Shown here: positions 7,721 to 16,731 of the stretch, one piece after another | Numbering within the stretch: the first letter of the stretch is position 1 | How the letters are laid out: each line of letters starts with the position of its first letter | NCBI GenBank assembly: GCA_963822965.1 | Contig: CAWGJT010000006.1 | Span: 608,001 to 672,000, forward strand | Reading direction: 5' to 3' | Length of the DNA stretch: 64,000 bases | Source: an uncultured delta proteobacterium | Lineage (GTDB): Bacteria; Myxococcota_A; UBA9160; UBA4427 | The notes under the pieces: generated by a model | Told to the model about the DNA's origin: nothing | The model's input: the letters and a program-made list of their open reading frames with translations, nothing else | The model's database searches: none | Position numbers and translations under genes: made by a program

Positions 7721-10093
7721 CTACTGCGCCTCCGGCAGCTGACGGATCTGCTGCAGGAGTCTCTCGGCGCCCGGGTCGCCCGGGCGCTGCTCCGCGTGTC
7801 GCTCGGCGTGGCGAAGCGCCTCGCCCTTTCGGCCCTGCTGGGCGTAGAGGATCGCCAGGGCGTTCTGCACGTCGGAGTCGTCGGGCGCCATGCGTTCGGC
7901 GGCGAGAAGCGCGGCCTCGGCTTCGTCGCGCCGGCCGAGCTGCTGCAGGGCCAGGCCCTGGTTGTAGCGGATCCGCGCGCGATCGGGCAGCAGATCGGCC
8001 GCCTTGCCGAGCGCGTCGGCGCTCTCCTCGAGCCGACCCTCCTCGGCGAGGACCAGCGCCAGCGAGTAGTACAGCTCGCCGCGCTCCGGGCGGACGACAG
8101 CGTCGTCCGCCAGCCCGGAGGCCATGTGCTCGTGCACCTCGATGGCTTCCCGCAGCTGCTGCTCGGCTTCGTCGTTGCGGTGCCGACCGTTCAGAAAGCT
8201 GGCGAAGTCGAGCCGAGCGGACGCCAGGTCCGGGCGCAGGGCGATCGCGCTGCGGTACTCGCGCTCCGCCGCGGCTCCGCGACCGCGGCGGCGGTCGAGG
8301 ATGGCGAGGTTGAGATGCGCCTCGGCGGTGTCCGCGAGGGCGCGCTGGCCCGCGCGGTACTCGTCCAGCGCCGCATCGAACGCGCGCTGCTGCTCGGGAG
8401 CGAGACCCGGCGCGGCCAGGCCCGCGAGCGTGAACGCGGCCGCGGTGCGGACGGCGGCGCGCTCGTCGGCGACGAGCCGCGCCAGCACCGGGACCGCCCG
8501 CTCCGGGGGCACTGCGGCGAGGGCGCCCGCCGCCGCGGCACGCACCGACCCGTCGGCGTCGCCGGCGGCGCCCTCGATCGCGGCGCCGGCCTCGGCGCTG
8601 CCCGAGGCCGCTGCCCGGGCGAGCATCTGCACGGCGGTGGCGCGCGCGATGGCGGGCGCCCCCTCGTCCGCCGCGAGGGCGACCAGCGGGACCGTCGCTT
8701 CCGGGCGCCCCGCCCGTCCCGCCGCGAGGGCCTCGCCGTAGTGCGCGGGAAGCACCCGGTCGGCAGGACGCCGGGTCGCCAGGAAGTCGGCGGCCCAGCG
8801 GGCGTCGCGGTCGGCGTGACAGCCCGTGCAGGCATTCGGCGTCCCGATCGAGAGCGTGAGATCCGGACGGGGGATCCGCAGGCTGTGGTCGCGGCGGTCG
8901 TCCACCTGCATGTAGGTCCGGGACGGCATGTGGCACGCGACGCAGGCGGCGCCGGGCGATCCGGGCGGGTGGAAGTGGTGCTCGGGAGCGTCGTAGGTCT
9001 TCGCAACGAGGGTCGGGAAGCGCGGATTTCCTTCCGGCGAGTGACAGCCCACGCACAGGGCGTTGCCCTCGGCGCGCAGCTTCAGGCTGTGGGGGTCGTG
9101 ACAATCGCTGCAGCGCACGCCGCGCCGGTGCATCCGGCTCTGGGTGAACGAGCCGTAGACGTAGACCTCCCCCTCGATCTGTCCGTCGGCTTGATAGAGG
9201 CCCGGCCACAGAAGCTCCGGCTCGTAGCCGTCGAGGAAGGCGGCGCCGGGCACGGTCGCGGCGCTCACCCGATGGCGACGGGAGTGACACGGCGCGCACG
9301 TCTCGATCTCGGCGACGTCTCCGGGGACGTCGCTTCGCACCGGCAGACGGGCCTCCACGGCCTCGGGCGCACCCGCCCCCGGCGTGTACGCCTTCGCCCA
9401 CGCCACGTGGTCGGCGGCCGGACCGTGACAGGCCTGGCACGAGACGTCGATCGTCAGCCACGCGGTGTCGTACGACGCGCTCGCCGCGTCGTAGTTGCGC
9501 TGGAGGTCCGTCGAGTGGCAGTCGGCGCACATGCTGTTCCAGCGCTGCAGGGGTCCCGTCCAGTGGAGCGGGTCGCCCGGCGGGATGCGGGCCTCGGGAT
9601 AGAGCGAGAGCCAGCGCCGGCGTCGGGTGTCCCACGCGATGGGGAAGGCCTGCAGGTGGCCCTTCGGAAGCCGCAGCAGCACCTGCTGCAGGGGCTCGAC
9701 GCCGAAGGTGTAGGCGACCTCGTAGGTGGCCATGGCACCGTCGGGACCCTCGCTGTCCACCAGGAAGCGCTCGCCGTCCCGATGGAAGCGGGTGGTCACG
9801 CCGAAGGCCGTGAAAGTGGCGTCGTCGAAATCGCCGAGCACGGTCTCGGGCGTGGCCTCCTGCATGGCCAGATCGTGGTGCGAGCCCGTCCAGGCGGACT
9901 GCTCCGCCGGATGGCAGCCCGCGCACGAGCCGGGGTCGGCGAACGCGGCCGCCGCGGAGGATTCGGCGGCCGGCGCCCCGGACGGAGCCGCCGGCTCCGG
10001 CGCGGGCGGTGGCTCGCCGGGCTCGCATGCCGGCAGAGCGGCGCACAGGAGCACGATCGCAAGGGCGTCCGCGGCGCGCGGGAAGCCCGTCAT
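7721..10093 (-). CDS. Multiheme (8 CxxCH) c-type cytochrome with HEAT and TPR repeats, probable lipoprotein
   Basis: CAGCH, CADCH, CQACH, CAPCH, CSDCH, CVGCH, CVACH, CTGCH; W..SHHDLAM; lipobox-like LPAC; C-terminal HEAT/TPR helices. Confidence 0.88.
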   Translation of the reverse strand: MTGFPRAADALAIVLLCAALPACEPGEPPPAPEPAAPSGAPAAESSAAAAFADPGSCAGCHPAEQSAWTGSHHDLAMQEATPETVLGDFDDATFTAFGVTTRFHRDGERFLVDSEGPDGAMATYEVAYTFGVEPLQQVLLRLPKGHLQAFPIAWDTRRRRWLSLYPEARIPPGDPLHWTGPLQRWNSMCADCHSTDLQRNYDAASASYDTAWLTIDVSCQACHGPAADHVAWAKAYTPGAGAPEAVEARLPVRSDVPGDVAEIETCAPCHSRRHRVSAATVPGAAFLDGYEPELLWPGLYQADGQIEGEVYVYGSFTQSRMHRRGVRCSDCHDPHSLKLRAEGNALCVGCHSPEGNPRFPTLVAKTYDAPEHHFHPPGSPGAACVACHMPSRTYMQVDDRRDHSLRIPRPDLTLSIGTPNACTGCHADRDARWAADFLATRRPADRVLPAHYGEALAAGRAGRPEATVPLVALAADEGAPAIARATAVQMLARAAASGSAEAGAAIEGAAGDADGSVRAAAAGALAAVPPERAVPVLARLVADERAAVRTAAAFTLAGLAAPGLAPEQQRAFDAALDEYRAGQRALADTAEAHLNLAILDRRRGRGAAAEREYRSAIALRPDLASARLDFASFLNGRHRNDEAEQQLREAIEVHEHMASGLADDAVVRPERGELYYSLALVLAEEGRLEESADALGKAADLLPDRARIRYNQGLALQQLGRRDEAEAALLAAERMAPDDSDVQNALAILYAQQGRKGEALRHAERHAEQRPGDPGAERLLQQIRQLPEAQ

Positions 10094-10145
10094 ACGGCGA
10101 CCCGAGCCGGTCGCGGCCCGCCGACGGGCACGGCCCGGAACGCTT

Positions 10146-12575
10146 TCACCCCGCGCCGCGTCCCCGGAGCGTCGGGCTCGCGAGGAGCCGCTCGACACGA
10201 TCCGCGGGATAGCCGAGCAGCCGCTCCAGCACTTCGCGGTTGTCCCGGCCCACCGAGAGGGATCGTTCGGGCTTGCGAGCCGGCGATCGCGACAGCCGCA
10301 GCCGCGTGCTCTCGACGGTGCTCGTGGGGAAGATGTCGTGGGCGATCTCGAGGAAGTGGTCGCGGGCGGCGAGCTGCGGGCAGGCATACAGCCCCGGGGT
10401 GTCCAGGGTCTCGTGGACGGGAACCCCCCGGGCCTGGAGTGCCGCTTCGATCTCGGCCGGGCCGAGGCGGCGCGTCCACGCGCGGATCACCTCCTCGACT
10501 TCATCCCGTTCGTCCCGCCGCGGCTCGAGCTCCGGGCGTCCGATCGTCTCGCACAACGCCCGCCAGTCGTCGTCGTCCCGCACGGCGATGGCCACCCAGC
10601 GGTCGTCCCCCGCGGCGGGAAACACGCCGTGGGGAAAGAGGTCTTCGTCCAGGTTGCCCGCCGCCCCCTGCACACGCCCGTTCACCGTGTAGTCGAGGAA
10701 GGCCGGCGCCAGGAAGTGCAGCGCCGCCTCGGCCTGGGCCTGGTCGATGTACTGCCCCTCCCCCGTCCGCTCGCGGTGCTCGAGGGCCGCCAGGATGGCC
10801 AACGCGTTGTAGCGGAGCGCGATGAAGTCCGTGTAGGCGCCGAAGGGGCCCGAGGGCGGCGCGTCCGGCCAGCTCGCGAGCTGCTGGAAGCCGGTGACCG
10901 TCGCCGCGAGGTTTCCGAACCCCGTGAACGTGCGCCACGGGCCGGTCTGCCCCATCAGGCAGCTCGAGACCATGACGAGGTCCGGCTTGATCTCGCGCAG
11001 CTTCTCGTAGGAGAGCCCGTAGCCCGCGGCGACGCCCGGCGCGAACGACTCGGTCACCACGTCCGCCCAGCGGACGAGATCGCGCACGATCTCCATCCCC
11101 TCCTCGGTGGCCAGATCGACGCTGATGCCGAGCTTGTTGGCGTTGGCGCTCTGGAAGCCGCCCGAGCACTCCGGATGGGGGTTGCTGAAGTGATAGGGCG
11201 GGATGACGCGCAGGGTGTCCAGGTGATCGTTGCTCTCGACCCGCACGACCGTGGCGCCGTAGTCGGCCAGCATGCGCGTGGCGCCCGGTCCCGCCAGCAC
11301 CCAGAACAGATCCAGGATCTTGAGGCCGGCGAGGGGCGCCGCGGGGCTCGAGGGCCCCTCGCGCGCCGCGAACGCCGGCCTCCGCGGCGGCTCGTCGCGG
11401 AGCAGCGCACCGTGCTGGTCGAGTCGCGGTGCGGGATGCTCCATCCGCAACGGGGAGGCGCCGAAGCGCGCCCAGGCACCCGGGCCCGAGACCGCGCCTG
11501 CCTCCGGATGCTCGTAGCCGGCCGGAAAGCCCCGGGCCGCGAGCTGCGGGCTCTCGACGATCTGGTCCATGCGCAGGAGCGGCGCGATGAGGAGACGTCG
11601 CTCGACGGCGGCCTGCATCACCTCTTCGGAGGTGCGGCTCGCGAACAGGGCCGTGAGCGCGCGGTCGACCTCGTCGTAGGCGGACGGCTCGATCTGGCGG
11701 TGGATCATGCGCAGCCCGAAGGTGCCCCACTGCTGGCTCTTCGGCAGCGTGGGCTCGGCGAAGCCGAGCTCGACGGCCCAGTCGAGGAGCCGCTCCATGA
11801 AGTGGCCCGTGGAGGGCAGGAAGCCCGGACCCACGATCACCCAGCCGTCGGAGAGCGGATAGCGGTTCTTGATGAAGCCCGGGCCCACCTGGGCACCGCC
11901 CGAGACCCGCCGGGCCGGCGTCTGCTCGAGGGGCCCGTCGAGGATGCGGAACTGGGTGCCCAGGGTCGCGGACTGCTGCGCCGACACGTCGACGTGCTGC
12001 CCGCGTCCGCTGCGGCGCCGCTCGGCGTGGGCGATCAACGCGCCCACGGCCGCGTCCGCGCCGGCGTGAGCGTGGGCCTGGGGGACGCGGCAGCGCACGG
12101 GTGGCCGCTCGGCGTCGCCCGAGAGGTACGCGCATCCGCTGGCCGCCATGATGGTGAGGTCCGTCGCCGCCCATCCGGACTTCGGGCCGTGCTGGCCGAA
12201 GGGCGTGATGGAGACGTAGACGAGCGAGGGATTGAGCGCCGAGAGAGCCTCGTAGCCGAGCCCGAGGGCGGCGAGGCGACCCGGAGGCTCGGACTCGATG
12301 AAGAAGTCCGCCCCGGCGGCCAGACGGGCGATGCGATCCCGGTCGGCGGGCACCTCGGGGTCGAGCGCCACGCTGCGCTTGTTGCGCGCATAGGCCCACC
12401 AGAAGAGCGAGCGCTCGGGGCCCGGCTCGTCCTTCCACCAGGGACCCTGGCGGCGCGCCGGCGAGCCTCCGGGCGGCTCCACCTGGACCACGTCCGCACC
12501 GAGGTCCGCCAGGAGCTGACCGCAGAGCAATCCCAGCTCGTTCGAGAGATCGACGACGCGATAGGGCGAGAGCAC
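10146..12575 (-). CDS. Tandem-domain class III CoA-transferase (CaiB/BaiF family)
   Basis: Two domains: LADLGADVVQVEPPGG..RNKRSVALD and LADYGATVVRVE..NKLGISVDL. Confidence 0.9.
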   Translation of the reverse strand: MLSPYRVVDLSNELGLLCGQLLADLGADVVQVEPPGGSPARRQGPWWKDEPGPERSLFWWAYARNKRSVALDPEVPADRDRIARLAAGADFFIESEPPGRLAALGLGYEALSALNPSLVYVSITPFGQHGPKSGWAATDLTIMAASGCAYLSGDAERPPVRCRVPQAHAHAGADAAVGALIAHAERRRSGRGQHVDVSAQQSATLGTQFRILDGPLEQTPARRVSGGAQVGPGFIKNRYPLSDGWVIVGPGFLPSTGHFMERLLDWAVELGFAEPTLPKSQQWGTFGLRMIHRQIEPSAYDEVDRALTALFASRTSEEVMQAAVERRLLIAPLLRMDQIVESPQLAARGFPAGYEHPEAGAVSGPGAWARFGASPLRMEHPAPRLDQHGALLRDEPPRRPAFAAREGPSSPAAPLAGLKILDLFWVLAGPGATRMLADYGATVVRVESNDHLDTLRVIPPYHFSNPHPECSGGFQSANANKLGISVDLATEEGMEIVRDLVRWADVVTESFAPGVAAGYGLSYEKLREIKPDLVMVSSCLMGQTGPWRTFTGFGNLAATVTGFQQLASWPDAPPSGPFGAYTDFIALRYNALAILAALEHRERTGEGQYIDQAQAEAALHFLAPAFLDYTVNGRVQGAAGNLDEDLFPHGVFPAAGDDRWVAIAVRDDDDWRALCETIGRPELEPRRDERDEVEEVIRAWTRRLGPAEIEAALQARGVPVHETLDTPGLYACPQLAARDHFLEIAHDIFPTSTVESTRLRLSRSPARKPERSLSVGRDNREVLERLLGYPADRVERLLASPTLRGRGAG

Positions 12576-12750
12576 GACGGCAGTCTATCACCGCGCGGTA
12601 CCCGGGAGTATCGCACGCTCGATCCGACTGGCCGTCGCCGTCGGCCTGGGCGCCCTGACCAGCGCCCACGCGTCTCCCGCAGCGCGCGGCCCGAACCCCG
12701 TCGAGATCGTGGGGATCCTCTCGGATCCCGAGTGAGCCCGAAGCCGCCTC

Positions 12751-14043
12751 CTATTCCTGGCGCCGCATCTCCTCCAGCTGCCGGCGCGCCTCGGCGTCGC
12801 CGGCCTCGAGACGACGGACGAAGGCCTCGCGGGTGGCCGCTGTCCAGGCCTCGCGAATCTCCTTCTCGAGGGCGGCGCGCGCGGCCGCATCCCCCGCCTC
12901 GACCCGTGGGGCGTACTTCTCGCGCAGGGCGGCGATCTTCTCCTCGCCGAGGGCGGCGCGCACCCGCTGCAGCCGTGCCGCGCGACCGTCGGACGGCGCC
13001 GGGACCGACGGATTCGAGGCGAGCAGCGCGTCGACATCGCCCTCGGCCAGCGCCCGGGCGACCTCTTCCTGGACGGCGGCCGTGTAGGCGGCGCCGAGCT
13101 CCTCGGCCAGCTCGCGCCGCGCGGCCGCATCGCTCGCGATGATGCGCTTCTCGTACTTCTGCCAGATGGCGGAGAGCCGATCCTCGCCAAGCACCGCGCG
13201 CAGGTCGCGCACCGGCTCGTTGCCCAGGGCGGAGAGGAACCGCGAATAGGCCCTGTCGCGGATCACGTCCTGGACCTGCTGCTCGAAGCGTTCGTTGGCC
13301 TTCTCGTTCGGCGTCCGACCATCGCTCTCGATCCCCCGAGCCTCGCCCGCTCGGATGATCTCGAAGGTGCCCTGCTTGTTCTCGTCCCGGGAGTAGACGC
13401 CCGTCAGCCGGTTGCCGTCGGCGGAGACCTCGAGGGTCTGGTAGCGGGTGCGACCCGAGACGAGCGCGTCGCTGTTCGTGGCCAGGGCCACATCGGTGCC
13501 GAGGGCGTCGTCGCGGGTGAAGACGGGCAGGCCCGTCGGGTCGTCGATCGACCACGTCTCCTGGTAGCTCACGGTGAGCGCCGAGGTGGAGCGCGCCGCA
13601 CTGCTCGACGCGTAGCCGCGCTTGGGCGAGCCCCGGAGGCTCTTCGTCTTCGAGCCGCGGCTGTTCACCTGCAGGCCCTGCCGGATCTCCTCCATCTGCC
13701 TCGCGTTGGGCTCCCACGCGACGAGCAGACGCGCGCGCGCGTTCCGGCCGACCCGGCCGAAGCGCCCCGAGCCGTCGTTGAAGACGACGATGGGGAACTC
13801 CGTCCACTGGAGGCGCGAGCCCTTCTGCTCGATCTTCCAGACCTTGTCCTCCCAGCGGTCGGCGTCGGGGTTGGCGGTGGTGGAGTCGCGGTAGTGGATG
13901 AGCACGTACCAGGTGCCGACGAGGTCCACCGACGCGAAGGCCGGCGACGTCAGCAGCAAGAGCGCCGCCGCCGCACCGCCGGCGTGAAGCCAGCGCCGGG
14001 CAAGCGAACGGCAGGGGCTCGGGCTCGACGGAGGGGTGCGCAT
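12751..14043 (-). CDS. Hypothetical exported protein
   Basis: Coding-like ORF with signal peptide (AAALLLLTSPAFA); beta-rich N-terminal part and helical C-terminal part; no family recognised. Confidence 0.65.
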   Translation of the reverse strand: MRTPPSSPSPCRSLARRWLHAGGAAAALLLLTSPAFASVDLVGTWYVLIHYRDSTTANPDADRWEDKVWKIEQKGSRLQWTEFPIVVFNDGSGRFGRVGRNARARLLVAWEPNARQMEEIRQGLQVNSRGSKTKSLRGSPKRGYASSSAARSTSALTVSYQETWSIDDPTGLPVFTRDDALGTDVALATNSDALVSGRTRYQTLEVSADGNRLTGVYSRDENKQGTFEIIRAGEARGIESDGRTPNEKANERFEQQVQDVIRDRAYSRFLSALGNEPVRDLRAVLGEDRLSAIWQKYEKRIIASDAAARRELAEELGAAYTAAVQEEVARALAEGDVDALLASNPSVPAPSDGRAARLQRVRAALGEEKIAALREKYAPRVEAGDAAARAALEKEIREAWTAATREAFVRRLEAGDAEARRQLEEMRRQE

Positions 14044-14095
14044 GCGGGTCTCCTCGCCGGGGTTGCTAGCACGCCGTCCCGGGGCTGTCGGGAGG

Positions 14096-14989
14096 CTATC
14101 GCGCGAGGACCGAATCCGGCCCGGAAACCGGTGACTTGTGGCCGCTTCTCGAAAGCGGTTTCGAGGCCGGCGCGGGGACCGCGGCACCCGCGTCCGGCGC
14201 GCCCGGCGGCACCGCCGCGGCCCGCCGGAAGGCGATGTCGCCGAACCACGCCACCGCCGACTCCCCGGTATCGTCGCTGTCGCTCATGATGGCTACGCCC
14301 GAGATCGCCGGCGCGGGCCCGCCGAAGGCGCGCCGGTAGTCCGCCGCCACGTCCCGGCGCTCGCTCCGCCACTCGCCCGCGTGCGCGGCCCCGCTCTCCA
14401 CCACCAGCATGCGGGCCCGGTCGGTGTAGGGATTGGGAACGAGGCTGCCGACCGGAGCCTTGTTGGCCCAGATGTAGTTGAGGGCGGCGGCCGGCGGGTA
14501 CTCGCCGTAGAAGAGGCGCAGCGCCTCGAAGCGGGCGCGCTCGAAGAAGCCGGCGCGCGCGGGGTCGTAGGCGAAGGTGACGTAGATCCGCGCCGGGTAG
14601 TCGTCGCCGGACCTGCGCGTGACGTCGCCCCCGGCCAGCACGTTCGCCACCCGCCAGCGCCACTCCAGCATCGGAGTCACCGTGGGATCCACCACCAGGT
14701 GCCGCGAGAGCCCGGACGCCGAGGCGTCGCTCTCGGCGCGAACGACGACGACGCCGTCCTCATCTTCCACCAGGGAGTAGCGCGTGTGCCGCTCGATTCG
14801 CGCGAACGCGAGCGGCTCCCATCCCGGTGGAATCGCATCGCCGGCGCGCGCCCGGGAGAAGTCGCCCACGACGACCGCGCCGGAGTCGTCGTCCCCGGCG
14901 GCGAATGCGAGCACCCCGGCGGCGAATGCGAGCACCTCGGCGGCGAAGACGAGCGCGACGGTGCGCCGGAGGCTCGCTGAACGCTGCAT
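14096..14989 (-). CDS. DUF3047-family protein
   Basis: LEWRWRV, GDDYPARIYV, LNYIWAN, GEWRSERRDVAADYRRAFG, IMSDSDDTG; start chosen 7 nt after a TATGCT box. Confidence 0.8.
   Translation of the reverse strand: MQRSASLRRTVALVFAAEVLAFAAGVLAFAAGDDDSGAVVVGDFSRARAGDAIPPGWEPLAFARIERHTRYSLVEDEDGVVVVRAESDASASGLSRHLVVDPTVTPMLEWRWRVANVLAGGDVTRRSGDDYPARIYVTFAYDPARAGFFERARFEALRLFYGEYPPAAALNYIWANKAPVGSLVPNPYTDRARMLVVESGAAHAGEWRSERRDVAADYRRAFGGPAPAISGVAIMSDSDDTGESAVAWFGDIAFRRAAAVPPGAPDAGAAVPAPASKPLSRSGHKSPVSGPDSVLAR
14893..14955. repeat. 21-bp in-frame tandem repeat (2 exact + 1 degenerate) in the DUF3047 signal region
   Basis: CCCCGGCGGCGAATGCGAGCA at 14893 and 14914, CCTCGGCGGCGAAGACGAGCG at 14935. Confidence 0.85.
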
Positions 14990-15068
14990 CGGGCCGAGCA
15001 TAGCCGTGGAACGACTGCCCCCGAACGGCGGCGAGGGTGTATGCTGGCCGGCGGGAGGGACGCGCGCC

Positions 15069-15842
15069 TTGCAGATCGACGCGAGCGAGTTCGCCGGTCG
15101 GATCGCACTGGTCACGGCCGCGGCGGGGGCGGGCATCGGTCAGGCCGTGGCCCGCCGGCTGGCGGCAGGCGGCGCGGACGTCGTCGTCACGGACGTCCAC
15201 GAGGGGCGCACGCGAGACGTGGCCGGGGCGGTCGCCCGGGACTTCCCCGGCGTTCGCGTCGTGGGGCACGTCCTCGACGTGTCGAACCGCGCGCGGGCCG
15301 ACGAGGTCGTGGCGGCGGTGACCTCCGAGCTGGGGCCGATCCGCATCCTGGTGAACAACGCCGCCATCAACGTGGTGGGGAGCATCTTCGACTACGACCC
15401 GGCGGACTGGGACTGGTGCGTGGCCGTGAACCTGTCGGCGCCCTGGTACCTCTCGCGCGCCGTGATGCCGCTCATGCGCGACGCGGGCGGCGGCGCGATC
15501 GTCAACATGAGCAGCTACGCGGCAGACGTGGGCGGCGGGGGCGTGGAGGCGCCCTACGCGGTGACGAAGGGCGGCCTCAACGTCCTCACGCGGTCGTGCG
15601 CCATCGAGGGCGGTCCCCACGGCATCCGCTGCAACGCGGTCTCCATGGGCGTCGTCACCGGGACGAAGTTCATCGACGACCACCCGGAGATCGCGGAGCG
15701 CCTGCTGCCGGCGACGCCCCTGGGACGACACGCCTCGGCCCGGGACGTCGCCGAGGCCACGGCCTTCCTGGCCTCGGACCGCGCCAGCCACATCACGGGC
15801 GAGATCCTGAACGTGGCGGGCGGCACCTACATGCGCACATGA
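15069..15842 (+). CDS. Short-chain dehydrogenase/reductase
   Basis: TAAAGAGIG, LVNNAA, YAVTK (YxxxK); TTG start after GGGAGG. Confidence 0.88.
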   Translation: MQIDASEFAGRIALVTAAAGAGIGQAVARRLAAGGADVVVTDVHEGRTRDVAGAVARDFPGVRVVGHVLDVSNRARADEVVAAVTSELGPIRILVNNAAINVVGSIFDYDPADWDWCVAVNLSAPWYLSRAVMPLMRDAGGGAIVNMSSYAADVGGGGVEAPYAVTKGGLNVLTRSCAIEGGPHGIRCNAVSMGVVTGTKFIDDHPEIAERLLPATPLGRHASARDVAEATAFLASDRASHITGEILNVAGGTYMRT

Positions 15843-16492
15843 GCCGACCCGCCGTGGTCTGGACCCTGTTGGTGCTCGTCTACGCGGCCTTCGCGAGCTG
15901 GTACACGTCCTGCGACGGACCCCTCACCCAGGACGAGATCGCCCACTACGTGGCGCTGATGGAGGAGCGCGGTCGCAGCCCCGAAGAGGTCGCCCGGCTG
16001 CGCGCCTTCCTCGAGAACGACACCGGTGACGACCTGGTCATGGTGAACGCGATCGAGATGCGCGAGCCCCCGCTGCAGCTCGACGGCGTCCCACCGGGCG
16101 AGAGCGCCTCCCAGGTGCTCGACCGCTACATGCAGTACATGTACCCGGCCCTCTTCCGGCGCGCCTGTCATCCCGTGCTGGTCGGGCAGGCGGCGGCTCC
16201 CGCGCTGGACGTGTGGGGCATCGAGGGCGCCCGGCACTGGACGATGGCCGGCATGATGCGGTACCGGAGCCGTCGCGACCTGATGGAGATCGCCACGAAC
16301 CCGGGCTTCCAGGGCCCGCACGAATTCAAGATCGCCGCCATGGCGAAGACCGTGGCCTTCCCCATCGACCCGTGGTTCCAGCTCGGAGACCCGCGTCTGG
16401 TGCTCGCTCTGGCGTTCGGGGTCGTGGGACTCGCCGCGCACGGCCTGGCGGGGCACCGCCGGGCCCGGCGACGCAGTCGCGGACGCGTCTGA
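15839..16492 (+). CDS. Hypothetical membrane-anchored protein (possibly DUF1330-like)
   Basis: ATGA overlap with the SDR gene; N- and C-terminal hydrophobic helices; MVN..RYRSRRDLM..H..K pattern. Confidence 0.65.
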   Translation: MSRPAVVWTLLVLVYAAFASWYTSCDGPLTQDEIAHYVALMEERGRSPEEVARLRAFLENDTGDDLVMVNAIEMREPPLQLDGVPPGESASQVLDRYMQYMYPALFRRACHPVLVGQAAAPALDVWGIEGARHWTMAGMMRYRSRRDLMEIATNPGFQGPHEFKIAAMAKTVAFPIDPWFQLGDPRLVLALAFGVVGLAAHGLAGHRRARRRSRGRV

Positions 16493-16731
16493 ACCGCCGG
16501 CTGCTCCGCGGGGCGGGCCGGTCCCGACGGTGCGAGCACGGCCGTCAGGGCCTCGACGAGCCGCGTCGCGCAGGCGGGTCCGCGCGTTGCGGGCCTCGTG
16601 GCGGCGGGCCTCCCACCGAGCTCACGAGAAGCGTTAGTCTATGCCGGCTCGCGAATCCAGTTGCGGGTGGCGACGCAGATGACCGCGCGCACAACGCGGC
16701 CACGCACACGAGAGAGGACGCACGACGAACC

